Part shown: positions 40,512-50,589 of the stretch, piece by piece
How positions within the stretch are numbered: position 1 is the stretch's first letter
How the letters are laid out: each line of letters opens with the position of its first letter
From: Candidatus Bathyarchaeota archaeon
GTDB taxonomy: Archaea > Thermoproteota > Bathyarchaeia > 40CM-2-53-6
NCBI GenBank assembly: GCA_963833125.1
Contig: CAWHWX010000016.1
Location: forward strand, 128,001 to 192,000
DNA: 64,000 nucleotides
Direction of reading: 5' to 3'
Made by a program: the position numbers and the translations under genes
The notes under the pieces: model-generated
Databases searched by the model: none
The model's input: only the letters and a program-made list of their open reading frames with translations
Told to the model about the DNA's origin: nothing

Positions 40512-41729
40512 ATGCATCTTCGCAATCGGTGGACAATGGCGGTTCTGACAAGTGCAGGCATATTCGTGACGTTTGTTTTACGCGTGAACCTGTCGCCTGT
40601 AGCTCCAATCATTCAGCAGGATCTTCATTTATCTGACTTCGAACTTGGGCTAGTATTATCCGCTTTTCTGTGGGTTTACACCATTCTTCAGCCAGTAGCA
40701 GGACTCTTAACGGATCGGTTTGGAGCTAGGATGAGCCTATTCGTTGGGGGGCTAGCTACCTCTCTACTAACCATACTGACCGGGTTCACCAATTCGTTCG
40801 TATCTCTCTTTGCGGTTCGGACGTTGATTGGTGTCAGCCAAGCGCCGAATTTCGTATCCGGAGCAAAAGTTACTGCATCGGGATGGTACCGGGAAGAGGA
40901 GCGGGCGCGCGCAACTTCGATCTGGATTGCCGGTGGACGCCTTGGTCCTGTGTTGGCGTTCCCTCTCGCTGCTTGGCTTGGATTAAGCTACGGTTGGCCA
41001 TGGGTATTCTTCGCGACGGGACTGATGGGAATACTGTGGTGTGTCGTGTGGTACGTAGGATTCGAGGACAACCCAAAGCTCCAACTAAAAAGGGTCAAGA
41101 ATAGCCGCTCTAACATTCGCGCAAGTCTCCCGATCGTGATCAGCCCATTAGGTCTCGGACTAGCCCTGGCGAGTTTCGGCCAAGGCTACGTCGCCTACTA
41201 CTTCAATCTCTGGTTGCCGACCTACTTGGTGAGAGAACAGAAGTTCACGATCCTGAACGCAGGCGTCTTCGCAACGCTCCCTTTAATCGCGGCAGTCGTG
41301 ACAGTTCTATTTGTTGGCGGATTCATGTCTGACTACCTCGTCAAAATGGGTGCTTCCCCGCTAGGCTTGCGTCGAAAATTGTTCACACTCGGGATGGTCG
41401 CTACTGCGTTTCTAATGTTTGCGACCGCCTATGCTCCAGACCCATACTCCGCTCTTGTTTTACTGAGTATGGCGGGGGCATCGCTGGGTTTCTCAACACC
41501 GTCCTTGTGGGTGGCTCTTGTCGAAGCAACCCCCAAGTCTATTGCTGGTACAATGGGGGGCGTGCAGAATTTCGGGGGTAACGTTGCTGGGATAGTCGTT
41601 TCGGTATTGACCGGATATATCTTGCAGATCTCCCACAGCTTTTTCCTCGCGCTTGTTGCAGGGAGTTTAGCCGCGTTGCTGGGGGCTCTCTCTGCGGCTC
41701 TTCTGATCAAACCCTTGAAGGCGGAATGA
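40512..41729 (+). CDS. MFS transporter (ACS/hexuronate-like)
   Basis: About 12 TM helices; G.LTDRFGAR, ERARA and WLPTYL. Confidence 0.93.
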   Translation: MHLRNRWTMAVLTSAGIFVTFVLRVNLSPVAPIIQQDLHLSDFELGLVLSAFLWVYTILQPVAGLLTDRFGARMSLFVGGLATSLLTILTGFTNSFVSLFAVRTLIGVSQAPNFVSGAKVTASGWYREEERARATSIWIAGGRLGPVLAFPLAAWLGLSYGWPWVFFATGLMGILWCVVWYVGFEDNPKLQLKRVKNSRSNIRASLPIVISPLGLGLALASFGQGYVAYYFNLWLPTYLVREQKFTILNAGVFATLPLIAAVVTVLFVGGFMSDYLVKMGASPLGLRRKLFTLGMVATAFLMFATAYAPDPYSALVLLSMAGASLGFSTPSLWVALVEATPKSIAGTMGGVQNFGGNVAGIVVSVLTGYILQISHSFFLALVAGSLAALLGALSAALLIKPLKAE

Positions 41730-41816
41730 GCGCGCAAAAGGGTAGGTCAGTATTGTATGTAGAATACCAACAGAACTTCTAAGGGTAATTACTAGCCTCC
41801 TTCCCGCGGCGAGATT

Positions 41817-42236
41817 ATGCTGAACCAAAAACTCGCGGATATGCTAAAGGATCAACTCGATCATGAGGAACATGAGACTGAAGTCTACGCCAGAAAGGTG
41901 AGGGAAACTAAGCATAGCGTCGCAAAGCTTCTCTACGCCAAATTGATGCGAGACTCGATGCAGCACGCGGATGTCATTCACTGTGCGATCAGCTACCTCT
42001 CTACCGACAAATGGGAAACCTTGGCTCCGATCAAGGAAACCAGAGAGGACATTCTTGGTCTCATGGAGATGGAGGAGAAGGCTCTGCGGTTGTTTACGTC
42101 AGCCTCATCGCAGGTTCGGGATCCACATCTGAAAACAATGCTAACAATGCTGGCGTTAGATGAAGAGCAGCATTACGCAATGCTTCGTTACCTCTTGGAA
42201 AGTTTTGTCGATAAAAAAGAGGTATTAGAAATTTGA
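41817..42236 (+). CDS. Ferritin-like (rubrerythrin-type) di-iron protein
   Basis: E...DS..H and E...DEEQH four-helix ligand pattern. Confidence 0.8.
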   Translation: MLNQKLADMLKDQLDHEEHETEVYARKVRETKHSVAKLLYAKLMRDSMQHADVIHCAISYLSTDKWETLAPIKETREDILGLMEMEEKALRLFTSASSQVRDPHLKTMLTMLALDEEQHYAMLRYLLESFVDKKEVLEI

Positions 42237-42481
42237 GTCAAGTAACCACCCTTCAGCCCAGGGCCGACGTTAAGATTCTTGAAGAGCGATGCAAAGCATG
42301 CGAGCTCTGCGTCGTTACTTGCCCACAAGGTAACCTGAAGCTATCAACAAAGCTGAACCACGCGGGTTTCCACCCCGCCGAATTCTCGTATCGAGGAACA
42401 AAGGGAGAATGCACAGGTTGCGCAATCTGCTACTGGGTCTGCCCAGATTTCGCCATAAGTGAAATTCAGGTGAAGGCTTAG
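42233..42481 (+). CDS. 2-oxoacid:ferredoxin oxidoreductase delta (2x[4Fe-4S] ferredoxin)
   Basis: CKACELCVVTCP and CTGCAICYWVCP. Confidence 0.93.
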   Translation: MSQVTTLQPRADVKILEERCKACELCVVTCPQGNLKLSTKLNHAGFHPAEFSYRGTKGECTGCAICYWVCPDFAISEIQVKA

Positions 42482-43559
42482 ATGGTCAAGAAACGAGTTT
42501 ACCTAAAGGGAAACGAAGCCCTCGCATACGGGGCGCTAGAAGCTGGGCTCAACGCCTACTTCGCGTACCCAATCACGCCCTCAAGTGAAATCCCGGAAAC
42601 CCTGGCAAAAGAGTTTGGTAGCAAACAGTATCCCGAGTACAAGTTCTTCCTGCAGGCCGCAAGTGAACTAGAAGCAATTAACATGGTGATCGGCGCCGCC
42701 TCGGGTGGTGCTCGGGCCATGACCGCGACCTCAAGTCCTGGCTTCAGTCTGAAACAGGAAGGCCTCTCTTATGCTGCTGGGATGGAGCTTCCATTCTTAA
42801 TCGCCGACATATGCAGAGCTGGTCCAGGACTAGGGAACCTTGGCCCAGAACAGAGTGACTACTTTCAGGCGACTAAGGGCGGTGGCCATGGCGACTACCA
42901 CCTGCTTGTTCTCGCACCCGCCACAGTCCAAGAGATGGCACTCTTCCCACGAATTGGATTCGATCTAGCCTTCAAGTACCGTAATCCAGTCCTAATCCTC
43001 AGCGACGCTTTCACGGGACAGCTTAAGGAAGACGTGGAATTCCCAGAATTCACACCTGAACAGTACGACACATCATCATGGGCAACCACAGGTGCCCATG
43101 GGAGAAGTCCTCACATAATCAATTCCCTAGAACTTGACTACCAGAAGCACTTCAAACACATTGGAAGAATCTTCGAGAAATACAGAAACGCCGAAGCAAA
43201 TGATGTCAGGTTCGAAGAATACCGAACCGAAGACGCCGAGACAATCATAGTTGCTTTCGGAATCGTATCTAGAATAGCGAAAGGCGTTGTAAACAAGCTC
43301 CGCTTCAAAGGAATAAGGGTCGGGCTTTTCCGACCGATAACTCTCTGGCCGTTTCCGAAAGCTCAACTCAAGAAGCTTGCCTCATCGGGAAGGCGGTTCC
43401 TGGTAGTCGAGTTAAACACAGGACAAATGGTCGATGACGTTAAGCTCGCTGTCGGCAATGGTGTTACCAGTCGATTTCCTCGGTAAATGGGGAGGCATCG
43501 TACCAACTGAGGCAGAGATAGAGAGTAAGCTAAGGAGATTGGAGGTGGTCGCCGTATGA
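42482..43559 (+). CDS. 2-oxoacid (ketoisovalerate-type) ferredoxin oxidoreductase alpha (frameshift near 43470)
   Basis: KGNEA, YPITPSSE, SSPGFSLKQE, QSDYFQATKGGGHGD and RPITLWPFP. Confidence 0.93.
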
Positions 43560-44357
43560 GTCAACTCGCGCTTAGAGTTAAAGTTGGAAAACTTGAGTCG
43601 TTGACCGAAACCCCGACGCATTACTGTGCAGGCTGCGAACATGGCACGCTTACGAGGTTGATCGCGGCGGCGATTGATGATTTAGGGATACGTGAGAAAA
43701 CGGTAATGATCGATTCGGTCGGTTGCAGCGTTCTCGCCTACAATTACCTCAACTTTGACCATGTAGTGTCCCCACATGGGAGAGCACCTGCGGTGGCCGC
43801 CGGACTGAAGCATGTTCGACCTGAGTTGACGAGTATTCACTGTTCAGGGTGACGGCGACGCGGCTTCGATCGGGCTTCTGGAACTTGTCTACGCAGCAAA
43901 GAGAGCAACGCCGATTACAATATTCCTTGTGAACAATGCAATCTATGGGATGACAGGAGGCCAAATGGCTCCCACGACGCTGGAAGGCCAGGTTACAAGC
44001 ACAACCCCATTCGGGAGAGACGCTCATCTAACAGGAACAGAACTAGATGCGTCAAAGCTAATTTCGGGAATCGATGGCGCTTCATATGTGAAACGCGTAA
44101 GCCTAGCTGTTCAAGAGATTTCCAGCCAAAGAGGCAAAGTATACACGATCAAGAACCTGTTAGATGCAAAGAAATCTGTGGAGAACGCATTCAAAGTTCA
44201 AGCCCGCGGCGGGTTCGCATTCGTCGAACTCCTCAGCACATGCTCAATCAACTGGAAGATGTCAGTGCTTGACTCCAAGCGATTCGTTTACGATCGACTG
44301 GTGAAGAAGTTCCCGTTGGGATTATACAAAGACAGCTTTGGAGTTGAGAAAGAATGA
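43556..44357 (+). CDS. 2-oxoacid ferredoxin oxidoreductase beta (frameshift near 43830)
   Basis: HYCAGCEHG, VGCSV, HGRAPA, QGDGD and NNAIYGMTGGQMAPTT. Confidence 0.93.
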
Positions 44358-44989
44358 CCAAGACCAAGCTGCTGGTAGCCGGCCACGGTGGCCAGGGTGT
44401 GCTTCTGCTAAGCGACTACATAGCCTACGCCGCGATGCTGGAAGGGAAACATGTGGCGTATACGCCGTCATATGGACCGGAAACACGCGGCGGCAAAGCG
44501 AAATGCTATGTTGTAATCTCAGATGAAGAAGTTGACAACCCAATCGTAGAGGAGCCTGATGTGGAAATAATCATGAATCAACCGTCAATGGAATTTCTAA
44601 ACTATCTGCGTCCCAGCGGGTTGATCCTGTACAATTCAACGCTTGTCGACACTGGAGTAGACCGCGACGACGTACGTAGCATCGGGATTCCGGCAACTGA
44701 AATCGCCGACGGCTTAAAGGACGAGATGCAATCGAAAGGAATCAATGACACTAAAATATTTGCAAACGCAGTGATGTTTGGCGCCTTTATCGGGCTCTGT
44801 GCCCCGGAGATGGACGACGGGCGGATCAAGGAGTCGCTGAAATACTTCCTTTCCGGGAAGAAAGAAGATCTGATTGGTCTGAACTATTTGGCGCTGAAGA
44901 AAGGCAGAGATTTCGTGCAGGCGAATCCAATACCCGAATTCACATCAAGATCGCCCTTCCACTGCGTTCCAGCTTGGGCTGACCAGTAG
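44354..44989 (+). CDS. 2-oxoacid ferredoxin oxidoreductase gamma
   Basis: AGHGGQG and PSYGPETRGG. Confidence 0.94.
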   Translation: MTKTKLLVAGHGGQGVLLLSDYIAYAAMLEGKHVAYTPSYGPETRGGKAKCYVVISDEEVDNPIVEEPDVEIIMNQPSMEFLNYLRPSGLILYNSTLVDTGVDRDDVRSIGIPATEIADGLKDEMQSKGINDTKIFANAVMFGAFIGLCAPEMDDGRIKESLKYFLSGKKEDLIGLNYLALKKGRDFVQANPIPEFTSRSPFHCVPAWADQ

Positions 44990-44995
44990 ACAGAC

Positions 44996-45522
44996 TTACC
45001 CACACCAATAACGCTGAGCGCCCAGCCTACTTTCTCTCTCCTGATCTGTTAGGCGGTTGATGCAATCCGGGCAGAAGCTGTTCAGCCCCGTTTCAAGAAG
45101 GCCCGAAGATCTGTTGTGATTAGAAATCCAATAGAGGGTCCCGCATCGAATACAACGCCTCTTACTCGTCAGGATCTGCGTTCCAAGTTTCCTGGATTCC
45201 TCCACTGAGATGGTGCGAGCGATGCTTTCTCTTACTCCGAGCGCCAAGCATCGTTTAGGTTCCTCCGATGGAAGTCCCATGTCGGTAATTAGCAAGTCGT
45301 CTTGTTGGGTGAGCCAAACATCAAACTTTCCATGAAATTCGCATTCTCCATCAGTATTCTTAGCAGTGGCTCCCTGCTCGCCTAGAAAGCATCTTTCACC
45401 GAATAGGTGACATCTACCGCCTTCCACGAAATTTAGACACAGAGCCCTTCACCAGACGTGAACTCTTCCATCGACCAATAGTATCTAGACGCCTTCTTCT
45501 GGTAATACCCGTTGGTTATCAT
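44996..45522 (-). CDS. Cys-rich hypothetical protein (probable frameshift near 45440)
   Basis: C-terminal CIRCG...FCPDC zinc motif; upstream frame from ATG 45522 joins at a GTGT run. Confidence 0.55.
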
Positions 45523-45612
45523 AGTTGGGGGATTATCACATTCCATATACCTTAAGTTCGATAGGATTCAGCCAAGCACAGAAACCAGGCGTGAGACGGT
45601 AGGCATCAAGAG

Positions 45613-46836
45613 ATGGTCACTCTCTCCGACCGTGTTACTGCACTACACATCTCTCCTATCCGCCGCATCGCCGCGCTTCTCGCAGAAGCAAACAGCAGGA
45701 GGGAGATTATCTCGTTCGGAGGCGGCGCCCCAAGCCTTCCTCCACCCAGAGAAGTGTCTGAGGAAATCATCCGAAGGATGACTGAAGATCCTCAAGGAAC
45801 GACAGTTTACTCAGGCACTAGGGGTTACCTAGATCTTAGAAGGCTTGTCGCTGAGGATTGGGCTCGCCACCAAGGCGGAACATATGCCCCTGAAACTGAA
45901 GTCATAATGTGCGAGGGTGCCACCGAGGCTATCTTCGCTGCACTCCATTCGATATTGAACAAGAACGATGAAGTCATCCTGATAGACCCGACTTACCTCG
46001 GTTACTTAGAAGCGGCGCAACTTGCCGGGGGACGAATCGCACGACTCCCAGTTGCGGTCGAACACCAATACCAACCCAGCATGGAAGTGCTAAAGTCGCT
46101 CATCACCAGGCGGACCAAAGCTTTCATTCTGCTCAGCCCCGACAACCCTACAGGACGCATAATCCGCCTCCCCTTTGTGAAAGGCTTAGTAGATCTTGCA
46201 GTTGACAATGATTTCTGGATCATCAACGACGCAACATATCGCGACATAGTCTACGGCGAGAACAATCAACCTAAACTGACCTCTTTCCCCGGAGCGCACG
46301 AGCGTGTGATCTCAGTCGGCAGCTTTTCGAAGGAAGCTTCCACGCCGGGATTAAGGCTAGGTTACGCGTTGGGACCACCCGAAGCAATCGACGCCATAGA
46401 GAAAATGAAACAATACACAACGCTGGCACCAAACACGTTAAGCCAACGTGCAATGTTACGTTTCTTGACGGGGGATGTCAAACAGAAGTATCTGCAGGAG
46501 ATTGTCATTCCAACGTATGCAGCGCGAAGAGATTTCATGGCCAAAGCTATCGTCAAGCATTTGCCTGATGCGACTACCGTACTGCCAGAGGGGGCATTCT
46601 ACTTTTTCGTCGACATGAGGAAGTATCTAGGTGCAATGGAACGCACCGACAACGAATTGTGCGACCATTTGCTGAAGCAGAAGGGAGTCGTCGCTATACC
46701 TGGTTCGTACTTTGGAGATAATGGGGCAGGGCATGTTAGGCTGACATTTGTCAGTGAACCCGAGGAGAGAATAGATCTCGGAATGAAACGGATTGGAGAA
46801 TTTGTTTTCTCTTACGCGTTCTCCTTGGCGAAATAA
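45613..46836 (+). CDS. Class I PLP-dependent aminotransferase (aspartate/aromatic type)
   Basis: SPDNPTG, D.TY, GSFSK....GLRLGY, GAFY and VRL. Confidence 0.95.
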   Translation: MVTLSDRVTALHISPIRRIAALLAEANSRREIISFGGGAPSLPPPREVSEEIIRRMTEDPQGTTVYSGTRGYLDLRRLVAEDWARHQGGTYAPETEVIMCEGATEAIFAALHSILNKNDEVILIDPTYLGYLEAAQLAGGRIARLPVAVEHQYQPSMEVLKSLITRRTKAFILLSPDNPTGRIIRLPFVKGLVDLAVDNDFWIINDATYRDIVYGENNQPKLTSFPGAHERVISVGSFSKEASTPGLRLGYALGPPEAIDAIEKMKQYTTLAPNTLSQRAMLRFLTGDVKQKYLQEIVIPTYAARRDFMAKAIVKHLPDATTVLPEGAFYFFVDMRKYLGAMERTDNELCDHLLKQKGVVAIPGSYFGDNGAGHVRLTFVSEPEERIDLGMKRIGEFVFSYAFSLAK

Positions 46837-46981
46837 GGATAGTAATCACTCTTCCCCGTGGCAGCGAATTCGACGTAATGTAAGTGCATCTCTATAGTTA
46901 AATTCAGGTTAGTTTAGACTTTGAAAAACACTATAGAAGCATATATTCTACTGTCTAAACCATATTCAGCAGTGTGGGATT

Positions 46982-48046
46982 TTGGAAGCTCGCAAAGTAC
47001 AACGTGTTGGATACTCCACCCTCACAGTATCCCTGCCTCGAGACTGGGTCGAAGAGGTCAAACTCAAGGCCGGCGACATCGTTTCCATCAAACGAGAGGA
47101 CGATGGATCACTAAAGCTCGTCCCCGGCACGGAACACAAACGGGATGAGATCAGGAATTGCATCGTAAACGCTGACCTTTGCAACTCAAACCATCTCCTG
47201 ACCCGCGTCATAACCGCCAACTACATTCTCGGTCACGACACCATTCAGATCGTCGCAAAAGATGAACTGAAGAAGAACCACTTGAACGAGATACGAGCAA
47301 CTACGCAACGCCTAACCGGACTTAGTGTAGTGGAGCAAACAATCAAACAGATAACCCTGCAAAGTTTCGTGGACCCCACACGTTTTCCAATCTATGGGCT
47401 TATGCGCCGCCTGCACATCATTATCACATCTATGGTCGACGTTTCAATCAAAGCCTTGGTTGACAGGCGGCCGGAGCTCGCGTCTGAAGTCACCCACATG
47501 GAGGAAGAGTCAGATAGAATATATTGGCTCATTGTGCGACAGTTGCTTCTCGCCATACGCGACCGAAGCGTGGGAACCAAGATCGGAATCGAATCCCCCG
47601 TTCATATCGCAGGAAACAGAGTCGTCGCTAAGACGCTTGAAGAAATGGCTGACTGTGCAGAGAACATCGCAAACGAAGTTCTAGCATTGAAGGACCGAGA
47701 AATCAACAGCGACGCGATACTGAACGACATAGCAAAATACGGAGTCCAAACAACGAAGATCTCAGAACAGACAATCAAAGCACTGCTCACCGGAGACATC
47801 GCATTAGCCAACGACGCCGTGGAGATGGTCGAAGCCGCGGAAAACGACGAGAGAAAGCTGACCCAGAAAGTTCTCGCCTACGTCAAGGATCCAACCGTCG
47901 CAGCTAGCCTGAGGATTGTGGTCTGGAATCTAAGTCAAATTACGAAATATTGCCGTATGATTGGTGAGGTAACAATCAACCGCATCTTGGAGAAACCCTC
48001 GCCAATATGCGAGTACCTACCCCTCCCTGAGCCGCGAGCCAGTTGA
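46982..48046 (+). CDS. AbrB-PhoU-like transcriptional regulator (paralog 2)
   Basis: RKVQRVGYSTLTVSLPRDWV; colinear with 36956..38050. Confidence 0.9.
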   Translation: MEARKVQRVGYSTLTVSLPRDWVEEVKLKAGDIVSIKREDDGSLKLVPGTEHKRDEIRNCIVNADLCNSNHLLTRVITANYILGHDTIQIVAKDELKKNHLNEIRATTQRLTGLSVVEQTIKQITLQSFVDPTRFPIYGLMRRLHIIITSMVDVSIKALVDRRPELASEVTHMEEESDRIYWLIVRQLLLAIRDRSVGTKIGIESPVHIAGNRVVAKTLEEMADCAENIANEVLALKDREINSDAILNDIAKYGVQTTKISEQTIKALLTGDIALANDAVEMVEAAENDERKLTQKVLAYVKDPTVAASLRIVVWNLSQITKYCRMIGEVTINRILEKPSPICEYLPLPEPRAS

Positions 48047-48059
48047 CATACACCGCTCT

Positions 48060-48494
48060 CTAATCCTTCAGATGCTTGCCAACCATTACCAAATCTGAAT
48101 GAGTTTCATAACCGCGTGCCGCGAAGAATTTCTGAGATTTCGTATTCGACTGGTAGATTTGAGCATTAATCTTCTTTGCTCCCTTCTCAATCAGACGTTT
48201 CTCAACTTCGCTCAGCAGAGTGGTGGCTATCCCTTGTCTCTGGTGCGAAGGCTTCACGGCTAGGTGGTAAACCCAACCGCGTCTCCCGTCCCACCCACCG
48301 ATAATGCACCCAACAATCTCACCCTCAAGATCCGCAAGAAGGAATAGGTCTGGATCTCGAAGTAATTTCATACGAACTCCGTTTAATTCGTCTCCCGGTC
48401 TGATAACCAAACCCGCATCCTTCCACAACTCAAGAACCACATTGTAATCGTTCATCAGAAATTCGCGAATCTGAATCTTCGGCAAGTCAATCAT
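48060..48494 (-). CDS. GNAT acetyltransferase (YpeA-like)
   Basis: GWDGRRGWVYHLAV.P..QRQGIA. Confidence 0.92.
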   Translation of the reverse strand: MIDLPKIQIREFLMNDYNVVLELWKDAGLVIRPGDELNGVRMKLLRDPDLFLLADLEGEIVGCIIGGWDGRRGWVYHLAVKPSHQRQGIATTLLSEVEKRLIEKGAKKINAQIYQSNTKSQKFFAARGYETHSDLVMVGKHLKD

Positions 48495-48513
48495 CTAGGA
48501 TTCTACAAATCGT

Positions 48514-48644
48514 TGGCGCCGCCGGCAGGGCTCGAACCTGCGACCAACGGGTGTCTGCCCGTTTAACAGCTTCAGCTCCTTCTTGCGAAGGATCCGCTGC
48601 TCCACCACTGAGCTGTCGTCTGCGCATTATGTGCATACGGCGGC
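48514..48644 (-). tRNA. tRNA-Asn(GUU) with three introns (8/9: 48615-48636; 30/31: 48571-48593; 37/38: 48553-48563), CCA encoded
   Basis: Removing the three segments gives a 75-nt cloverleaf GCCGCCG-TA-GCTCAGTGGTGGAGC-A-GCGGG-CTGTTAA-CCCGT-TGGTC-GCAGGTTCGAGCCCTGC-CGGCGGC-G-CCA; each junction forms a BHB-like motif. Confidence 0.92.
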
Positions 48645-48688
48645 TAGGGTATGCGTTCGGCGGCGTTCGCGCATTTCCGGTTGGCGCT

Positions 48689-48988
48689 TTATTTGTTCTC
48701 CGGAATGGGTTGTTGCTGCTGCCATGAGCCGCAGAACGCGCATTTGCGTACACCCTCCGGTATTAGCGATCCACAGGATTTACAATTCACCAGTTTCTCA
48801 AGCTCGAATATTGGTTCAGCTGTCTTCTGACGAAGCGTTCTGATCCACCAAGCTCGACCCAACATAAGGACTACCACCGCCACGATAGCAAGAATTGCGA
48901 CCGTTAGGGTCGAGAGCAATTGCAAGAGCGCCAGAGATTGTGTTACATAGGGCCTGGCATAACATCTTCGCTTAGGAACGTGCACCAT
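48689..48988 (-). CDS. Small membrane protein with C-terminal zinc ribbon
   Basis: One TM helix, then CKSCG.LIP....CAFCG; true start probably downstream of 48988. Confidence 0.7.
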   Translation of the reverse strand: MVHVPKRRCYARPYVTQSLALLQLLSTLTVAILAIVAVVVLMLGRAWWIRTLRQKTAEPIFELEKLVNCKSCGSLIPEGVRKCAFCGSWQQQQPIPENK

Positions 48989-50247
48989 TGGAGCGTATGC
49001 ACACCGAAGGATTCCAGCAACTCACCAAGATCGAGGACGCGAACCGTGTCTTCTTCGAAGCGGTTGGGGACACGAAAGTGAGAGTCGAAAGCATTCGGAT
49101 TCAGGATACCGTAGGGAGGATTCTTGCACGAGAGGTAACTGCTCGAAGTTACCTTCCAGCAGCTAACTTATCCTCATTGGATGGGTACGCCGTTCGATCA
49201 AGTGATCTTCGAAACGCTTCACAAACGAGCCGTGTCGTGTTAAGGCTGGTTGGGGAGAGCATCCTCGGCGAGCCTTGTCACCTGACGATCGGGTCAGGAC
49301 AAGCTGTCCTGGTTGCCACCGGAAGCAGAATGCCACATGGAGCTGATGCCGTAGTGATGGTTGAACACATCAGCATATTACCGGAGAACATGATCGAAGT
49401 TCATTCACCCGTCCCGTTAGGAGAGGGAGTGACTCAGAAAGGAACAGACTTCACACCAGGCCGACGAGTCCTTCCCAAAGGAAGACAGTTACGGCCGGAG
49501 GATATCGGAGCACTAAAGGCATTGGGCTTATCGAAGGTCCTAGTGGTAAGACGAATTCGCGTTGGAGTTCTATCAACAGGTAACGAGCTTGTTAACTCGA
49601 GAAGAAAAGACAAGGGTGCTAAGATCCTCGACATAAATCGCCCCATCATTTCAGCGATGGTAAAAGAACTAGGGGCAGAACCGATAGACCTTGGTATTGC
49701 GAGGGACGATGCACGAGAAATAAGTCAAGCACTCAAGAAGGGTCTACGAAGCTCAGATGTAATTCTGGTCACGGCAGGCTCATCGGTGGGTAAGAAAGAC
49801 CTCGTTCCCAGTTGCATAAACCGTCTTGGAAAGCCCGGCATGTTGGTGCATGGGATCGCAATGCGGCCAGCGATGCCAACCGGATTAGCGGTCGTAAACC
49901 GTAAGCCCATAGTCTCGCTTCCCGGTTTTCCAGTCTCAGCGATCGTCGCCTTCAGGACATTCGTCACCCCACTCTTGACTAAATTGTCTGGGTCTACAAC
50001 GCCCATGGAGCATTCCATAAGAGCGATTCTTAAGGAGAGAATTTCTGGTGCGCCCAATCTACGGACCTTCGTCCGGGTCAGAGTCGAGAAGGGCCCGTCA
50101 GGATTTCTGGCATGGCCATTGAAAGTTCAGCGTTCGTCGTTGTTGACAACCATGGTGGACGCCAACGGGATCGTGACGATATCCGAATCTGTTGGAGCCA
50201 TTGAAGCGGGCCAAGAAGTGGACGTTAGCTTAACGGGCAGTACCTGA
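48988..50247 (+). CDS. moeA: Molybdopterin molybdotransferase MoeA
   Basis: DGYAVRS, ATG..MP.GADAVVMVE, STGNEL, SVG..D and LPGFPVSA. Confidence 0.95.
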   Translation: MERMHTEGFQQLTKIEDANRVFFEAVGDTKVRVESIRIQDTVGRILAREVTARSYLPAANLSSLDGYAVRSSDLRNASQTSRVVLRLVGESILGEPCHLTIGSGQAVLVATGSRMPHGADAVVMVEHISILPENMIEVHSPVPLGEGVTQKGTDFTPGRRVLPKGRQLRPEDIGALKALGLSKVLVVRRIRVGVLSTGNELVNSRRKDKGAKILDINRPIISAMVKELGAEPIDLGIARDDAREISQALKKGLRSSDVILVTAGSSVGKKDLVPSCINRLGKPGMLVHGIAMRPAMPTGLAVVNRKPIVSLPGFPVSAIVAFRTFVTPLLTKLSGSTTPMEHSIRAILKERISGAPNLRTFVRVRVEKGPSGFLAWPLKVQRSSLLTTMVDANGIVTISESVGAIEAGQEVDVSLTGST

Positions 50248-50251
50248 TCAG

Positions 50252-50560
50252 CTAAGTTTTTTTGTCTTTCTCTCTCGTGGCCCTCTGCTTTCGAATCTCA
50301 GAGGCCAGAGAACGAAGGAGTTTGGATTGAGGAGTTGCTTTTGGAACAATAAGGTAGCCTCCCTTCTCCCACCAGGTACTGGGTCTTGATTTCCCAGCTA
50401 CGACTTCATGCTCAACGGAGAGTTGGCTGGCTGCGTCTCTTAATTCTTCCAGCCTCGGAGTTTGGAGGGCGAATCCCTTAGCGAGTTTTCGTCCTGCTTT
50501 TCTGGATTTCGTCGAATCAAGATTTGCCGGCCAAACCACAGCCTTTTCGTGAAGCTTCAA
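50252..50560 (-). CDS. srp19: Signal recognition particle 19 kDa protein
   Basis: VVWPANLDS.KSR..GRK and P..WW...G. Confidence 0.93.
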   Translation of the reverse strand: MKLHEKAVVWPANLDSTKSRKAGRKLAKGFALQTPRLEELRDAASQLSVEHEVVAGKSRPSTWWEKGGYLIVPKATPQSKLLRSLASEIRKQRATREKDKKT

Positions 50561-50589
50561 GCCTCACGCCTCAAGCACGGCGCGAACGT

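Noticed and set aside
48500-49000. Integrated element at tRNA-Asn
   Set aside because: No integrase and no duplicated tRNA 3' end seen; the neighbours are ordinary genes
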